Assembly: GCA_963785725.1 (NCBI GenBank)
Contig: CAWAWS010000019.1
Coordinates: forward strand, 1 to 64,000
From: an uncultured delta proteobacterium
GTDB taxonomy: Bacteria; Myxococcota_A; Polyangia; Palsa-1104
Length of the DNA stretch: 64,000 nt
Direction of reading: 5' to 3'
Shown: in pieces, positions 10,362 to 21,300 of the stretch
How positions within the stretch are numbered: the first letter of the stretch is position 1
Layout of the letters: each line of letters starts with the position of its first letter
Made by a program: the position numbers and the translations under genes
The notes under the pieces: model-generated
The model's database searches: none
Seen by the model: only the letters and a program-made list of their open reading frames with translations
Told to the model about the DNA's origin: nothing

Positions 10362-13300
10362 CTAGAAGCTGAACCGCGCCTGGAAGTCGATAATTCTCGA
10401 TCCCAGCGCGGCCGATGCCTGACCGAGGTTGGAGTTTGCGACATTGGTCGAAAGCTCGTTGGGGTTGATGTTCAATAAATTGAAGGCGTTAATCAGGTTG
10501 GCTTTGATTTCGAACCTGGCCCCCTCACCAATCACCCGCATGCTGGGCAATCCGAACGATTTAGCAATGTTGAGATCCACATCACGATAGTCGGGACCGG
10601 GAAAGGAGTTGCGGTCAATTCCCGGCGGAGGGATGAAATTCGTTGCAAATTGTCCGGCGTTATCCGCGATCGCATTCGTGTAGTCCGGAACCTCGAAATA
10701 GTTATTCAGGAACTCATTTTGATTCGTGCCGGTATTCGCCATCCCTGGGGTTGGAAAATTGTTTCCTGTTTTGAAGGCGTTGTTTTTGGTGCTGATGCCG
10801 GCTCCGCCGAGATAGGTCGGGCGCAGGTTCTGGAATCCGTAGTTGCAACTATTGCAATAGATCTGGTGTGGCGCAGTATAGACCGGAGTCCACCCATAGC
10901 CGGTGTGGAAGGTGGCGATGCCGCCGAGTGACCATCCGCCAGCGATCTTCTCTGCCCAGTTATGGCTGCCGTGAAAAATAACCGGCTGCCAGACACCAAA
11001 AACCTTGAAAGACTGATTGATGTCGAAGTCCGATCGTCCATAGGAGTACTTCGGTATCGTATAGATAAGGATCGCGGATAATATGGGCCCGAATTGGTAT
11101 CCATGCTGTGGGCCCAGGTATACTGCGCTTCCGCTGAGAAGGTATGGGAGAACTGGTGCTTGATCCCGGCGAGCATCATGTTGTTGTTCGCCTTACCCTG
11201 GCTGCCGAAGGTATTGATGCTATTGACCAGAGGATTCAGTGGCGCTCCAACAATGTCTCCGAAAGCGTTTGCGTCGTAGTTGTACAAGGTGTGATGACTG
11301 GAACTGCCCACATAGCCCAGATTCGCTACCCAGGCGTGGCCCAGATCCATCTCCATGTCGAGTGAGTAGTGATGTGTGTACTCGGTAGGCATGTGACCAG
11401 GCAAGGCGCCGATGTTTGCGCCGCCTGCTGCCGGTAGGCCGGCAGAGTTAAACGTCGAAATGGCGTTTGGGTTGGCCGGAAAACCGATGATATCCGTTGG
11501 GCTGCTCGAAATCGCGTAGAGGATATTGGGATTGATCTGCGTCGGACTCTTGCTGGTGCCCGGAACAGAGCTGGTTCCCGGAGGGTTGCCATCGTAAATG
11601 TTGGCCGTTGCGATCTGCTGCTGGTTGTAGTTCAGGCCGTAACCACCACGGAAAACCACCTTGCCGTTGGAGTGAGTCGGACTCCAGTTAAAACCGATCT
11701 GAGGGCCGAAATTGAGCTTTTGTGCTGTCCACGCCGAAATTCCCGAGCGTATAGTGATGCCGGTCAAAAGATCCGACCCTCCGCCGAACGCGAGTACTCC
11801 CATGTTGTTGGATTTATCCGTGAGCGGCCCGAAGTAAGAATATCGGAGACCGGCGCTCAAAGTGAGATTGGGTCGAGCCTTCCAATCGTCTTGAAAAAAG
11901 ATGCCGTACATATTCTCGCGGTTATCGTTGCGGTAGCCGCCTGGAATACCGGTCTTGGCCTGAAACGGACCGGTCTCTCCCTCAGGGGCGTCATTCAGGA
12001 AGTCCCACAGATTGTAAAAGGTGTAAAGCGGCGCCCCGATGGGATCATTCAGGTAGTAAAGCCGGGTAAAGTCGAAACCAAATTTCATTGTCTGGTTGCG
12101 TAATACTTTGGTGGCTACGTCCTTGTAGCCGTAGGTCCATTGATCCAGATGGCCTGGCGCCGGCACACCGAGAGAGCCGATGGAGATACTGCCAATCTGC
12201 CCATTGCCGGTGGGGTTATATAGCTGGGCCTGGGGCAGGCCGAAAGGGGCCTGAGGGTTGCTACCAAGCTCGTTGTAGCGCCACCCCGCAGCGTTGGCTC
12301 GCGCTTCATTCAGGAAAGTGGACGAGAAGGTATGGTTCCAGATAACCGAAAACGCATTGTTGGTCTGAGAGTGATTGAAGAGTTGATAACCCAGGCCGCC
12401 GTTGAGCGTGGTCGTGCTTGCGGGAACCCAGTAGATCGCGAAGCTGGCATGGTCCTTGCTGGTCACGTCGGAGTCGAGACGCCCGCTGTACTGTTTGAAA
12501 TCGCTGCTGGTCGGGTTTTTTATGCTGTACTGGGCGATGTCCGGGACGTCGGAGAGTCCACTGCCGACGCCGGGTGAGCTGTTGTTCACGTAGGTCAGGT
12601 CCTGCGTGTGCAGGCCGGTAGCCACTGGCGAACCAATGTTCAAGCCTTGACCCGCGACCGTCCTGCAGTTTACGCCTTCGCTGAGTCCCGCATCCGCGCA
12701 GGTTGCGGAGGCGATGACGGTGCCAGCCACCGCTGCCCCCTTGAAGTTGAGGTAAGTGGAGGAGATGCTGTTCGCCGGCGCCAGGGCCGCGAAAGCGGTG
12801 GTGGGGAACCATTGCGTACTGGTCGTCGCCACACTCTGGCTTTGTCCCTCGTAGGCAAAGAAAGCAAAGATGCGGTTCTTCCAGATGGGTCCGCCGATGC
12901 TGCCGCCCAGCTGGTTATAACGATCTTCATCGCGCAGCAGGCCACGCTGGTCGGCGGTAAGCCTGGCGCCCGTCGAATCAAATGCCTGCACCGACGAGGG
13001 CCCGTTCCAACGTTGATACGCATTCAGACCAGGGCGCGTGATCTGGATGAAAAAGCTACCGTGGAGATCGTTGGTGCCGCTCTTCGATGTGATTTCGGTC
13101 AGCGCACCTGAGAAGCGGCCGTTTTCAGCATCGTAGGCGTTGGTCACGATTTTGAGGTTACCCACCGAATCTTCACTGGGAGTGATGATGGTCGCTCCGC
13201 CCCAAACGGCGCTCGCCGTGCTGATACCGTCGATGGTGTATCCATTGGTATCAAACTGGCCGCCGTTGGCGTTCGCGGAAGCACCATTTTCTGTGGCAAA

Positions 13301-13939
13301 AATACTGCTCGAATGTCCTAAGTTACCACCGCCATTGGATGAGGCGCCGGTTTGTGTACCTGGAGCTTGGAAGCCCCCGCCTCCGCCTTGCTGTGCCCCA
13401 TCGGCCAGAACACCAGGCGCCAGCTGAATGAGGCTAGTCACATCGCGTTCGTAGACCGGCATGTGTTGGACTTCGTTGTCTGAAATGGTTCGCTGATTGT
13501 TGGCCGTCTCTGTATCAATTGCAGGCACGGTCGAGGCATCAACGGTCACTGTCTGAGTTGCCGGTCCAACGTCGAGCTGCACATTGATTGCGTTGGGCTG
13601 CTCTGGAATCAGTTGCAGCTGAAGAAGATCCTTTTCCTGAAATCCGTCTTTGGTAACAACCAGGCTAAATTTATCGGCGGGCAACGCATTGAAGTTGTAA
13701 ACCCCGCTGGCATCGCTGGTCCGGACCTGCTTTTCGCCGGTTCCGTTGTTGGTGAGGGTCAGGGTGGCGCCGGGAATTACGGCGCCGGAAGAATCAGTCA
13801 CCACACCCTGGATAGAGGTGCGGTACTGGGCATACAACGCGGGGGTCAACCACAGCGCGACAAGGCCTAAGAGGAATACAGAGGACAGACGGTTGAGCGG
13901 TGAACGCAACTTCTCCTGATAACGAACGATAGCGCGCAT
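10362..13939 (-). CDS. TonB-dependent receptor with N-terminal carboxypeptidase-regulatory-like domain (Oar-like); frame broken near 11055-11080
   Basis: Signal peptide, IQGVVTDSSGAVIPGA, TKSGTNDLHGS and FFQDDWKARPNLTLSAG motifs. The alternate frame continues YGRSDFDINQSFK through to the C-terminal FQARFSF, a terminal-Phe beta-barrel signal. Confidence 0.9.
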
Positions 13940-14091
13940 ATTGGCTCTCCTAAAATGACAAGTTGTCTTTCGTTCCGGCGACCCCCAGGCGCACTGAGGG
14001 CGCCTTCATCCGATCTGGTCAACCGATCATCGTCTTCGTGACTCTTCAGCAGTGAATGGTCCGCTCTTCATTGGCGGTTCCACTCACCTGT

Positions 14092-14107
14092 GCGCAATCG
14101 GTTGCGC
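14092..14107. promoter_or_regulatory. LacI-family operator-like palindrome
   Basis: GCGCAATCGGTTGCGC has a central CG with AA/TT flanks, the LacI/PurR operator pattern. It lies between the divergent receptor and glycoside hydrolase genes. Confidence 0.6.
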
Positions 14108-14223
14108 TCGGCTGAGTTTGATACCATCCGTTTAGGGCGCTGTCAATCAAGCGCGCCTTGGGAAGCCAGACTCATCTCCTCCTCACATTCCACAGACACG
14201 GCATGGAAGCGAAAATTACTTAG

Positions 14224-15201
14224 ATGATCCAGTTCAAAGGAAAGGTTGCAAATGCATGGTTGGTCCTGCTGGCATTTCTCATCGCCGGCACGCACGCACG
14301 CGCAGACCAAAATTACTCCGATCAGGTTTTCTTCGAGAACAGCCTCTCGCCGGAGAATTACTTTTACAGCAGTGGTAAAGTAAGCCCCCCCAGCACCCTT
14401 GCACTCGTCGAGGGGAAGCTTCCGGTGGAAAGAGAGACTTTCATCAGCGGCCCGAATGCTCTCAAACTGCAGTGGGAGTCTGCCGCCGATGGAGGCTGGT
14501 CCGCTGAGGTAAAGCTTTACGAATGGCGTAACCGGACCCGGCTTTTTCCTGGAGCTAAGCTTTTTCTCTGGTTCTATGCCGCGGACGGCATCCGCGCCGT
14601 TGACCTTCCGCATCTGGCGTTGCGCGATGCCGGAGGTAATTTTACCCGGCCGCTCGATCTGGCTGCTTACACGCGAGATATAAAGCCACGCAGTTGGGTG
14701 CGTGTGGGAATTCCCCTCACGTCCTTCCCGACTGCCTCAGTGAATCCCTTTCAACCGCATAAGGTGAGCGCTTTGATTTTTGGCCAGGGCAGAGCCGATG
14801 CGGCGCGGCACACCCTATTGCTGGATGACATCCGCATCGAGAACGACTTGCCCCCAGGACAGCCTGCACCACCCGCCCCATTGCGTGTGCAGGCCAAGGG
14901 ATACGAACGGCACGTGGATATTACCTGGGGCCCGGTCGAAGATCCGTCACTGGCACAGTATGTGATCTATCGCTCGGTGGGCGGGGAGGCGTTCCGGCCC
15001 ATCGGCGTGCAGCGGCCGGGGATAAACCGATTCTGCGATTACACGGGAAATCCTCCGCTGACGGCCTCGTATCGGGTGACCGCGCGGACCTCATCGCTGC
15101 GCGAATCGGCCCCATCGGCGACGGTAAGTGCAACTACACATGCGATGACCGACGATGAACTGCTCACCATGGTGCAGGAGGCTGGGTTTCGCTATTACTG
15201 G
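14224..15201 (+). CDS. Secreted glycoamylase/GH144-like (putative beta-1,2-glucanase) protein, N-terminal part, truncated at a junction
   Basis: Signal peptide, a CBM-like region, an Fn3-like region, then TDDELLTMVQEAGFRYYW, the start of the GH144-type catalytic domain. The sequence then switches to unrelated repeats. Confidence 0.65.
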
Positions 15202-15915
15202 ATTCGCCTTCGGGACGCCAGATTTTACGGGTCCATGGGTGGCAAGCCCCTGAACAAGCCGGTGGTGGGCATCGCCGCCGACCCCGATGAGCGGCGGGCT
15301 ACTGGGAGGTGGCCTCCGACGGCGGGATGTTCGCTTTCAGCGACGCCCGTTCTACGGGTCCATGGGCGGCCGCCCCTGCAACCAGCCGATGGTCGGCATG
15401 GCGGCCACCCCGGACGGCAAGGGCTACTGGGAGGTGGCCACCGACGGCGGCATGTTCGCCTTCGGTGACGCCCAGTTCTACGGGTCCATGGGTGGCAAGC
15501 CCCTGAACAAGCCGATCGTGGGCATCGCCGCCAGCCCGGACGGGAAGGGGTACTGGGAGGTGGCCTCCGACGGCGGCATGTTCGCCTTCGGTGACGCCAA
15601 ATTCTACGGCTCGATGGGGGGGAAGCCCCTGAACAAGCCGATCGTCGGGATCGCCGCCGCGCGACAGGGCGGGGGTTACTGGGAGGTGGCCTCCGACGGC
15701 GGCCTGTTCGCCTTCGGAGCGCCCCCTTCTCGGATCTACGGCGGCGATGCCCCTGAACAAGCCGGTGGTGGGGATGGCCGCCACCCCGGACGGGCAGGGG
15801 TACTGGGAGGTGGCCTCCCGACGGGGGAATCTTCACCTACGGGAACGCCTTCTTCTGGGGGTCGACCGGGTCCATGACCCTGAACTCCCCGGTGGTGGGC
15901 ATCGCCGGCAGCGCC
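15202..15915 (+). repeat. Coding tandem repeat, ~126-bp unit, 5-6 copies
   Basis: TACTGGGAGGTGGCC recurs at 15300, 15425, 15551, 15677 and 15801 (spacings 125, 126, 126, 124). Confidence 0.9.
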
Positions 15916-15918
15916 TAG
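15202..15918 (+). CDS. C-terminal fragment of an Acidimicrobiia-type surface protein built of 42-aa repeats (several indels)
   Basis: Repeating GYWEVASDGGMFAFGDA.FYGSMGGKPLNKP.VG.AATPDG; ends ...PVVGIAGSA TAG at 15918. Confidence 0.75.
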
Positions 15919-16092
15919 TACCGGCAGCGCCCAGCATCGAAGCGACCGAGTACCGGCAGTACCGATACCGGTACCGTCGGCAGGCGGTCGATGCTCGGGG
16001 CCAGACGCCCCGTCACCTGTTGGTGGCGGGGCGTCTGGTGTCCGGGCCGTGGTGCCACAGGAGCCACTCTCCCGAGCCGGTCTCGGAGGGGT

Positions 16093-17518
16093 CTACTCGG
16101 TGGTGACGGGGGAGCCCGGCAGCCGCCCGGTGATGGGCGAGGGTTCGCTCCGCCTCGAGAGCACCCAGGTGAGGACGGCGGCGGCGATGCAGAAGGCCAC
16201 CCCGGCCCACAGGACCAGGGTGTAGCCGGACTCCGTCGGTTGGGTCCGCCCGGCCGGGGTGTGCCCGCCCAGGATGGACGCGGCGAGGGCACTGCCGAGG
16301 GAGAAGCCCACGTAGCGGATCACTTGGTAGAACCCGGTGGCGCTCCCGGTCTCGGCCCGGGGGATGGACCCGACGATCAGGCCGGGGAGGGCGGCGAAGG
16401 TCAGGCCCAGGCCGGCTCCCACGATGCGCCATCATGGCGAAGGCCTGCCAGAGGGAGCCGTGGAAGAGGGCGAAGAAGGCCCCGCCGGCCGCCACCACCA
16501 GCGAACCGATCGAAAGGAGTGCCCGGAATCCGACCCGTGCCGTCAGCCAGGGGAGGGCCCGGCTGGCCGAGAAGCTGAGGATAGAGAAGGGGACCAGACA
16601 GAGCCCGGCCACCACCACCGACGCCGAGAACCCGTAGCCGTTGGCCCGCGGGACCTGGACGAACTCGGTGACCTCCGAGAGGTAGAGGTACATGGCCACC
16701 CCCAGGACCATGGCGCAGCAGTCGGCGGTCAGCACCGTCGGGTGGCGGAGGAGGCGGAGCTCGATCAGCGGTCCGCGGACGTGCAGCTGCTGATAGACCC
16801 AGGCCACCAGGAGGACCACCGCCCCGGCCATCAATCCGAGGATGGCCGCCGATCCCCACCCCCAGGCGTTTCCCTCGGCCACCGCCAGTAGGAGAGCCAC
16901 CAGCCCGCTGGTGAGCAACACGGCCCCGACCAGGTCCAGACCGGCCGACGCCCGGGGGGTGCTGGCGGGGACGACGACGGCCACGCAGAGGAGGGCGACC
17001 CCCCCGAAGGCCGCACTGAACCAGAACGCCCCGGATAGGCCGAACCCGTCGGCGATCAGCCCGCTGATCGGATACCCGGCCCCGACCCCGGCCGCCGCGC
17101 GCACCGACAGCAGGGCGATCGTCCCGGCCACGCGAGCCGGCGGCAGGTGGTCGCGGGCGGCCGCCATGGTCAGGGGGACCAGGGCCAATCCGATGCCCTG
17201 CAGGGCCCGTCCGACCACCAGGACGCCCAGGTTGGGGGCCAGGGCGGCCACCACCCCGCCGACCGTCACCGCGCCCAGGCCGGCCATGAGGGTCTCCCGC
17301 CGGCGGGACCCGTCGCCCAGCCGGCCGATGATCGGCGCGCTCACCGCCCCGACCAGCAGGGTGGCCGTCAGGGACCACTGGGCGGTGTCCAGGGGGACGT
17401 GGAGCTGGTCGGCGATGCTGGGGATGAGGGGGGCGCCCTGTGAGCTGATGACGGCAGTGATGAGGGCCGTCAGCACCAGGACGGGGGCCAGGGCCGCCTC
17501 CCGGCGGTCAGGGTTCAC
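16093..17518 (-). CDS. MFS transporter (14-TM drug:H+ antiporter-like), frameshift near 16425
   Basis: Motif A GRLGDGSRRR, GRALQG and many TM helices. The C-terminus continues in ORF 16093..16422 (TGSATGFYQVIRYVG). Confidence 0.85.
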
Positions 17519-17729
17519 CCGGCCGGAGGACCAGCCGGCCCGCCGGCGCCCGGCCCCGCCGCCTGGTCCCCAGTCACGACCGGACTGTACCGACATCGCC
17601 GTGGTCGGGCGACAGTCCACTGCTCGACCCTGTCGTGTCGCCGGGAGGACTCGTTCGCGAAAAGAACAGCGTTTCCGATCCGGGTCGGGCCATGGACCGG
17701 GTAATAGCAGGCCACGTACGATTTCCACC

Positions 17730-17900
17730 GTGGAACGTTGCGAAAGCGTGCATATCCGGGCCGAGGTGGCCTACTACTGCGACCAGCCGAAGGGGCATGC
17801 CGGGTTGCACCGGGAAGAGACGTCGCTGGACGTCGGCAGTTCCTGTCGGGTGGTGGCCCTGCTGTGGCGCGACGAGGTCTTGGAGAAGCAACCGGCCTGA
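17730..17900 (+). CDS. Small (56 aa) Cys/His protein, possibly zinc-binding
   Basis: GTG start; MERCESVHIRAEVAYYCDQPKGHAGLHREETSLDVGSSCRVVALLWRDEVLEKQPA; third codon positions are GC-rich. Confidence 0.5.
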   Translation: MERCESVHIRAEVAYYCDQPKGHAGLHREETSLDVGSSCRVVALLWRDEVLEKQPA

Positions 17901-18139
17901 CCGCTTCGATCCGGCCGGCTCGAAGGTCTTGGGACCAGCCGGCCTGAGAAGCCTGGGCCGAGCCGGCCCCAGTGGTCGTCACCGCCGACTCCCGGGTCCC
18001 GCTGCCGAACCCGGCTCGACCCACGCCACCGAATAGGGCCTGCGATCGCGCTGGCCTTTTTGGCCTCGTCCACCCTGTGTCGGTCCTACCGGCAAAAACT
18101 AACGCTTGTCTGCCTCCGGGATCGGCGGTACCGTGCGCC

Positions 18140-19117
18140 ATGACCACGCCGATGGCGGACCGTGTGGTGACAAGGGGTGGCGGGGTGGCGAACGGTCAGG
18201 CGGTCACAGACGGTCAGGCGACAACAGACGGCCCGTCGGCAGCGGACGGCGTGGTGGTGGCAGACGAAGAGACGTACCCCAGCTTCACTCTCACCCCCCT
18301 GACCGGCTCCATCGGCGCCGAGATCACCGGTCTCCAGGTCGATCGACCCCTGGAGAGGGGGGCGGCCGACGACCTGCGCCGGGCCCTGGCCCGGTACCTG
18401 GTCCTGTTCCTGCGGGATCAGCCCCTGACCGACGAGCAGCACTTGGCGTTGGCCCGGGTGTTCGGGGAGCCCAATGTCTATCCAGCCACCCGGGCCCGGG
18501 GGTTGGACGTGGCCCTGGAGTGGATCGAGGACGGCCCGGACAGCCCACCCAAGGCCGACCTGTGGCATACCGACGCCGCCTTCCTGCCGAGGCCCCCGGA
18601 CGTGGGGATCATCACCATGCTGGATGTCCCCCCGGTGGGCGGAGACACCATGTGGCTGAACCTCTACGCCGTGTACGAGGCCCTGTCCGAGCCGATGCGG
18701 CGGGTGGTGGACCAGCTGGATCAGGATCTGCACCCCGGGCCCGACATGAAGGCCAAGCTGGAGCTCCAGTTCGGTCCGGGCATCTACGAAAAGGTGGCCG
18801 ACGAGTTCGCCGGGGCTCGCCACCCGTTGGTGCGGGTCCATCCGGTCACCGGCCGCCGGGCCCTGTTCATGTGTGGGGCCTACGTGAAAGGGGTGGCCGG
18901 CATGTCGACCGCCGAGAGTGACGCCGTCCTCGCCCTGTTGCGTGCCGGCCTGCACGACCCCAACCATCAGGTCCGGTGGCGGTGGCAACCCGGCGACATG
19001 GCCATCTGGGACGAACGGTGCACCAACCATCGGGGCCTGGGGGACCATTACCCGGCCCACCGGCTGATCCGGCGATGCACCACCGGGGTCGGGGTCCCGC
19101 AGGGGCCGCCCCGGTGA
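18140..19117 (+). CDS. TauD/TfdA family Fe(II)/2-oxoglutarate dioxygenase
   Basis: IGAEITG, WHTD (HxD), GGDTMW, HPLVRVHPVTGR and WDERCTNHR motifs. Confidence 0.9.
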   Translation: MTTPMADRVVTRGGGVANGQAVTDGQATTDGPSAADGVVVADEETYPSFTLTPLTGSIGAEITGLQVDRPLERGAADDLRRALARYLVLFLRDQPLTDEQHLALARVFGEPNVYPATRARGLDVALEWIEDGPDSPPKADLWHTDAAFLPRPPDVGIITMLDVPPVGGDTMWLNLYAVYEALSEPMRRVVDQLDQDLHPGPDMKAKLELQFGPGIYEKVADEFAGARHPLVRVHPVTGRRALFMCGAYVKGVAGMSTAESDAVLALLRAGLHDPNHQVRWRWQPGDMAIWDERCTNHRGLGDHYPAHRLIRRCTTGVGVPQGPPR

Positions 19118-19207
19118 GGCCGGCCGTCGAGCGGTAGGGGTGATCCCGACTAGGCGTCGGTCGGCGGGTGTCCCCACCCGAGGGGCGGCTCGTCGACGGC
19201 CGGGTCG

Positions 19208-20268
19208 ACGAGCTCGCGCACGTTGCCGGGCCAGTCGTGCTCTTCGAGCACGCGCAGCCACGCCGGCGGCAGCGCAGTCGCGCCTTCCAAGAACTGCTCG
19301 ACGAGCGGCGCGATATCTTCTTTACGCTCGCGCAACGGCGGAATTTGCAGGCGCAAGACGCCCAAGCGGAAGAACAGATCCTGACGAAATCTACCGGCTT
19401 GCACTTCACGCGCGAGCACGCGATTGGTCGTGGCCACGACGCGCACCGACACCTTGCGCGACGTCGCTTCGCCGAGCCGCCGCAAGCTGCCGCGCTCGAT
19501 GACGCCGAGCAGCTTGGGCTGCAATTCCAGCGGCAGCTCCGCGATCTCGTCGAGCACGACGGTGCCGCCGGCGGCGCGCTCGAAGATGCCGGGCCGCGTG
19601 ACGTCGGCGCCGGTGTACGCGCCTTTGACGACGCCGAACAGCTCGGCCTCCATCAAGTGGCGCGGGATGGCGCCGCAATCGACGATCTCGAACGGGCTGT
19701 CGCCGCGCGCCGATAGATCGTGGAGCGCGCGCGCGACCATCTCTTTGCCGGTGCCGGTCGGGCCTTCGACGAGCACGGGCGAATCGGCGGCGGCGAACTG
19801 CTTCATGCGGCCGAACACCATCTTCATGGCCAAGGAGCGGCCGATGAGCCCGCCCATGCGCTGCACCGCCGCGTACGGCAGCTGCGCCTCCTGCTCCGTC
19901 GCCGTCAGCGACAACACCGTGCGGCCGACGAGGATGCAGGCGCCCGGCTCGACGCGCGCCTCCTCGACGAGCGCCGGGCCGACTTGCACGCCGTTGCGCG
20001 AGCCCAAGTTGCGCAGGTGCACGCCGCCCAAGCCCAGCGACAGCTCGAGGTGCATCCAGCTCACGGTCGTGTCGGTCAGGATGAGGCCGGCTTCGGGCGC
20101 GCGGCCGATCAAGAGCGGCGTATCGCCGAGCTCGGCGAACGCGCCGCGATCGCGGCCGTTGATGACCTCGACCCGCACTTTGCGCAGGTTCACGGTCAGC
20201 GGCGACGACGCGTCACCTTGGAGCTGCTCGGTCGTGACGAGATTCGCGGGCAGTTCCAGATGCGCCAT
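19208..20268 (-). CDS. FHA-domain sigma-54-dependent transcriptional activator, C-terminal HTH missing at a junction
   Basis: FHA motifs (IGR, VSWMH, LGSRNG), Walker A GPTGTGKE, GAYTGA, LDEI, GRFRQDLFFRL and WPGNVREL, after which the sequence changes abruptly. Confidence 0.9.
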
Positions 20269-20447
20269 GCTGATTAGGCCCTCAGCAAGAGCCATGCCCC
20301 GCGCGATTCCGCGATCCGCCCGCGCCAGTAGGACTTCGCGCGCGGCTTTGGTGAGCGGCGGCCCCGTGTTGGGGCTCGCTCCCCCAGGCGACAAGCGCTG
20401 TTTACATTCTGCTGCACACGAATTGCCGAACGGCGCGGCGATCGCAG

Positions 20448-20463
20448 CGGCACGACGGTTGCT
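20448..20463 (+). promoter_or_regulatory. Sigma-54 (-24/-12) promoter
   Basis: CGGCACGACGGTTGCT gives GG-N10-GC and closely matches TGGCACG-N4-TTGC. It is 28 nt upstream of the lipoprotein start and divergent from a sigma-54 activator. Confidence 0.8.
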
Positions 20464-20490
20464 GTTGCCGGCATGCGGAGGGTCTCAACC

Positions 20491-21273
20491 ATGCGCAGCT
20501 CGCTCGTCGCCGCTTTTGCCTTTTCGGCTTTCGCCGCTCTCGGATGTTCCGGCACGTCGACACGAACGGTCACCGGTCAGCTGACGGCGACCACGTTCGC
20601 GCTCGACAACCCGGTCGTGCTCGCCGAAGCCTCGGATTCGCGCGTGTTCGTGGCGTCGATCGCGCAGGACGGCAAGTTCGCGCTCAAGCTGCCGTCGAAC
20701 GTCTCCTATCGCTTGTCGTTGGCGAACTCGACCGAGACCAAGGGCATCTACAGCTCGCTGGCGCGCATCAACTGGCCGCTCGAGAAGGGCGCGTCGCGCT
20801 GGGCCACGCTCGGCGACGGTGAGACGCTCGATCTCGGCATGGTCTACGAGCGCGGCCATCAGTATTCGTCGAGCCAGTCGGAGTCGAAGAGCGGCAAGGC
20901 CGGCAGCTGCAAGGAGGAGGACGACGCCAAGTGCTCGCACGAGGGCGAGACCGATTGCGACTGCGGCCATAAGTATTCCGGCGGCGACCACTGCGAGCCC
21001 GACGGCAACTCGAGCGGCGACGACAACAACTGCAACAAGGATCACGGCTACGGCGGCGGCTCGGGCTCGAGCGGCCACGGCAAGTGCGACGGCGGCAGCG
21101 CCGGCGGCGGCGGCTCGGGCGGTGGCGAAGCCGGCGGCGGCGGCGACGCGGGCGGCGGCGGCTCGGCCGGCGGCGGCGGCACCATCACGATCGACTCGCC
21201 GTGCCTCACGAACGCGGACTGCAACGGCATGTTCTGCGTCTCGGGCGTGTGCACGACCGCGCCCATCACCTGA
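20491..21273 (+). CDS. Cys-rich lipoprotein of unknown function
   Basis: Lipobox ALGC; Cys/Asp/His-rich middle region, Gly-rich linker, C-terminal CLTNADCNGMFCVSGVC module. Confidence 0.75.
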   Translation: MRSSLVAAFAFSAFAALGCSGTSTRTVTGQLTATTFALDNPVVLAEASDSRVFVASIAQDGKFALKLPSNVSYRLSLANSTETKGIYSSLARINWPLEKGASRWATLGDGETLDLGMVYERGHQYSSSQSESKSGKAGSCKEEDDAKCSHEGETDCDCGHKYSGGDHCEPDGNSSGDDNNCNKDHGYGGGSGSSGHGKCDGGSAGGGGSGGGEAGGGGDAGGGGSAGGGGTITIDSPCLTNADCNGMFCVSGVCTTAPIT

Positions 21274-21300
21274 TTCGACCGAGGATGCTATCGTCGGCGC

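Noticed and set aside
14224..15468. Apparent 414-aa fusion of a glucanase N-terminus to repeat sequence
   Set aside because: Read-through across the junction at about 15201; the two halves differ in codon style and apparent taxon.
15202..15915. Possible CRISPR array
   Set aside because: The whole 126-bp unit repeats and encodes protein; there are no unique spacers and no cas genes.
15918..15980. Run of TACCG short repeats after the repeat gene
   Set aside because: Irregular, low-complexity spacer with no interpretable structure.
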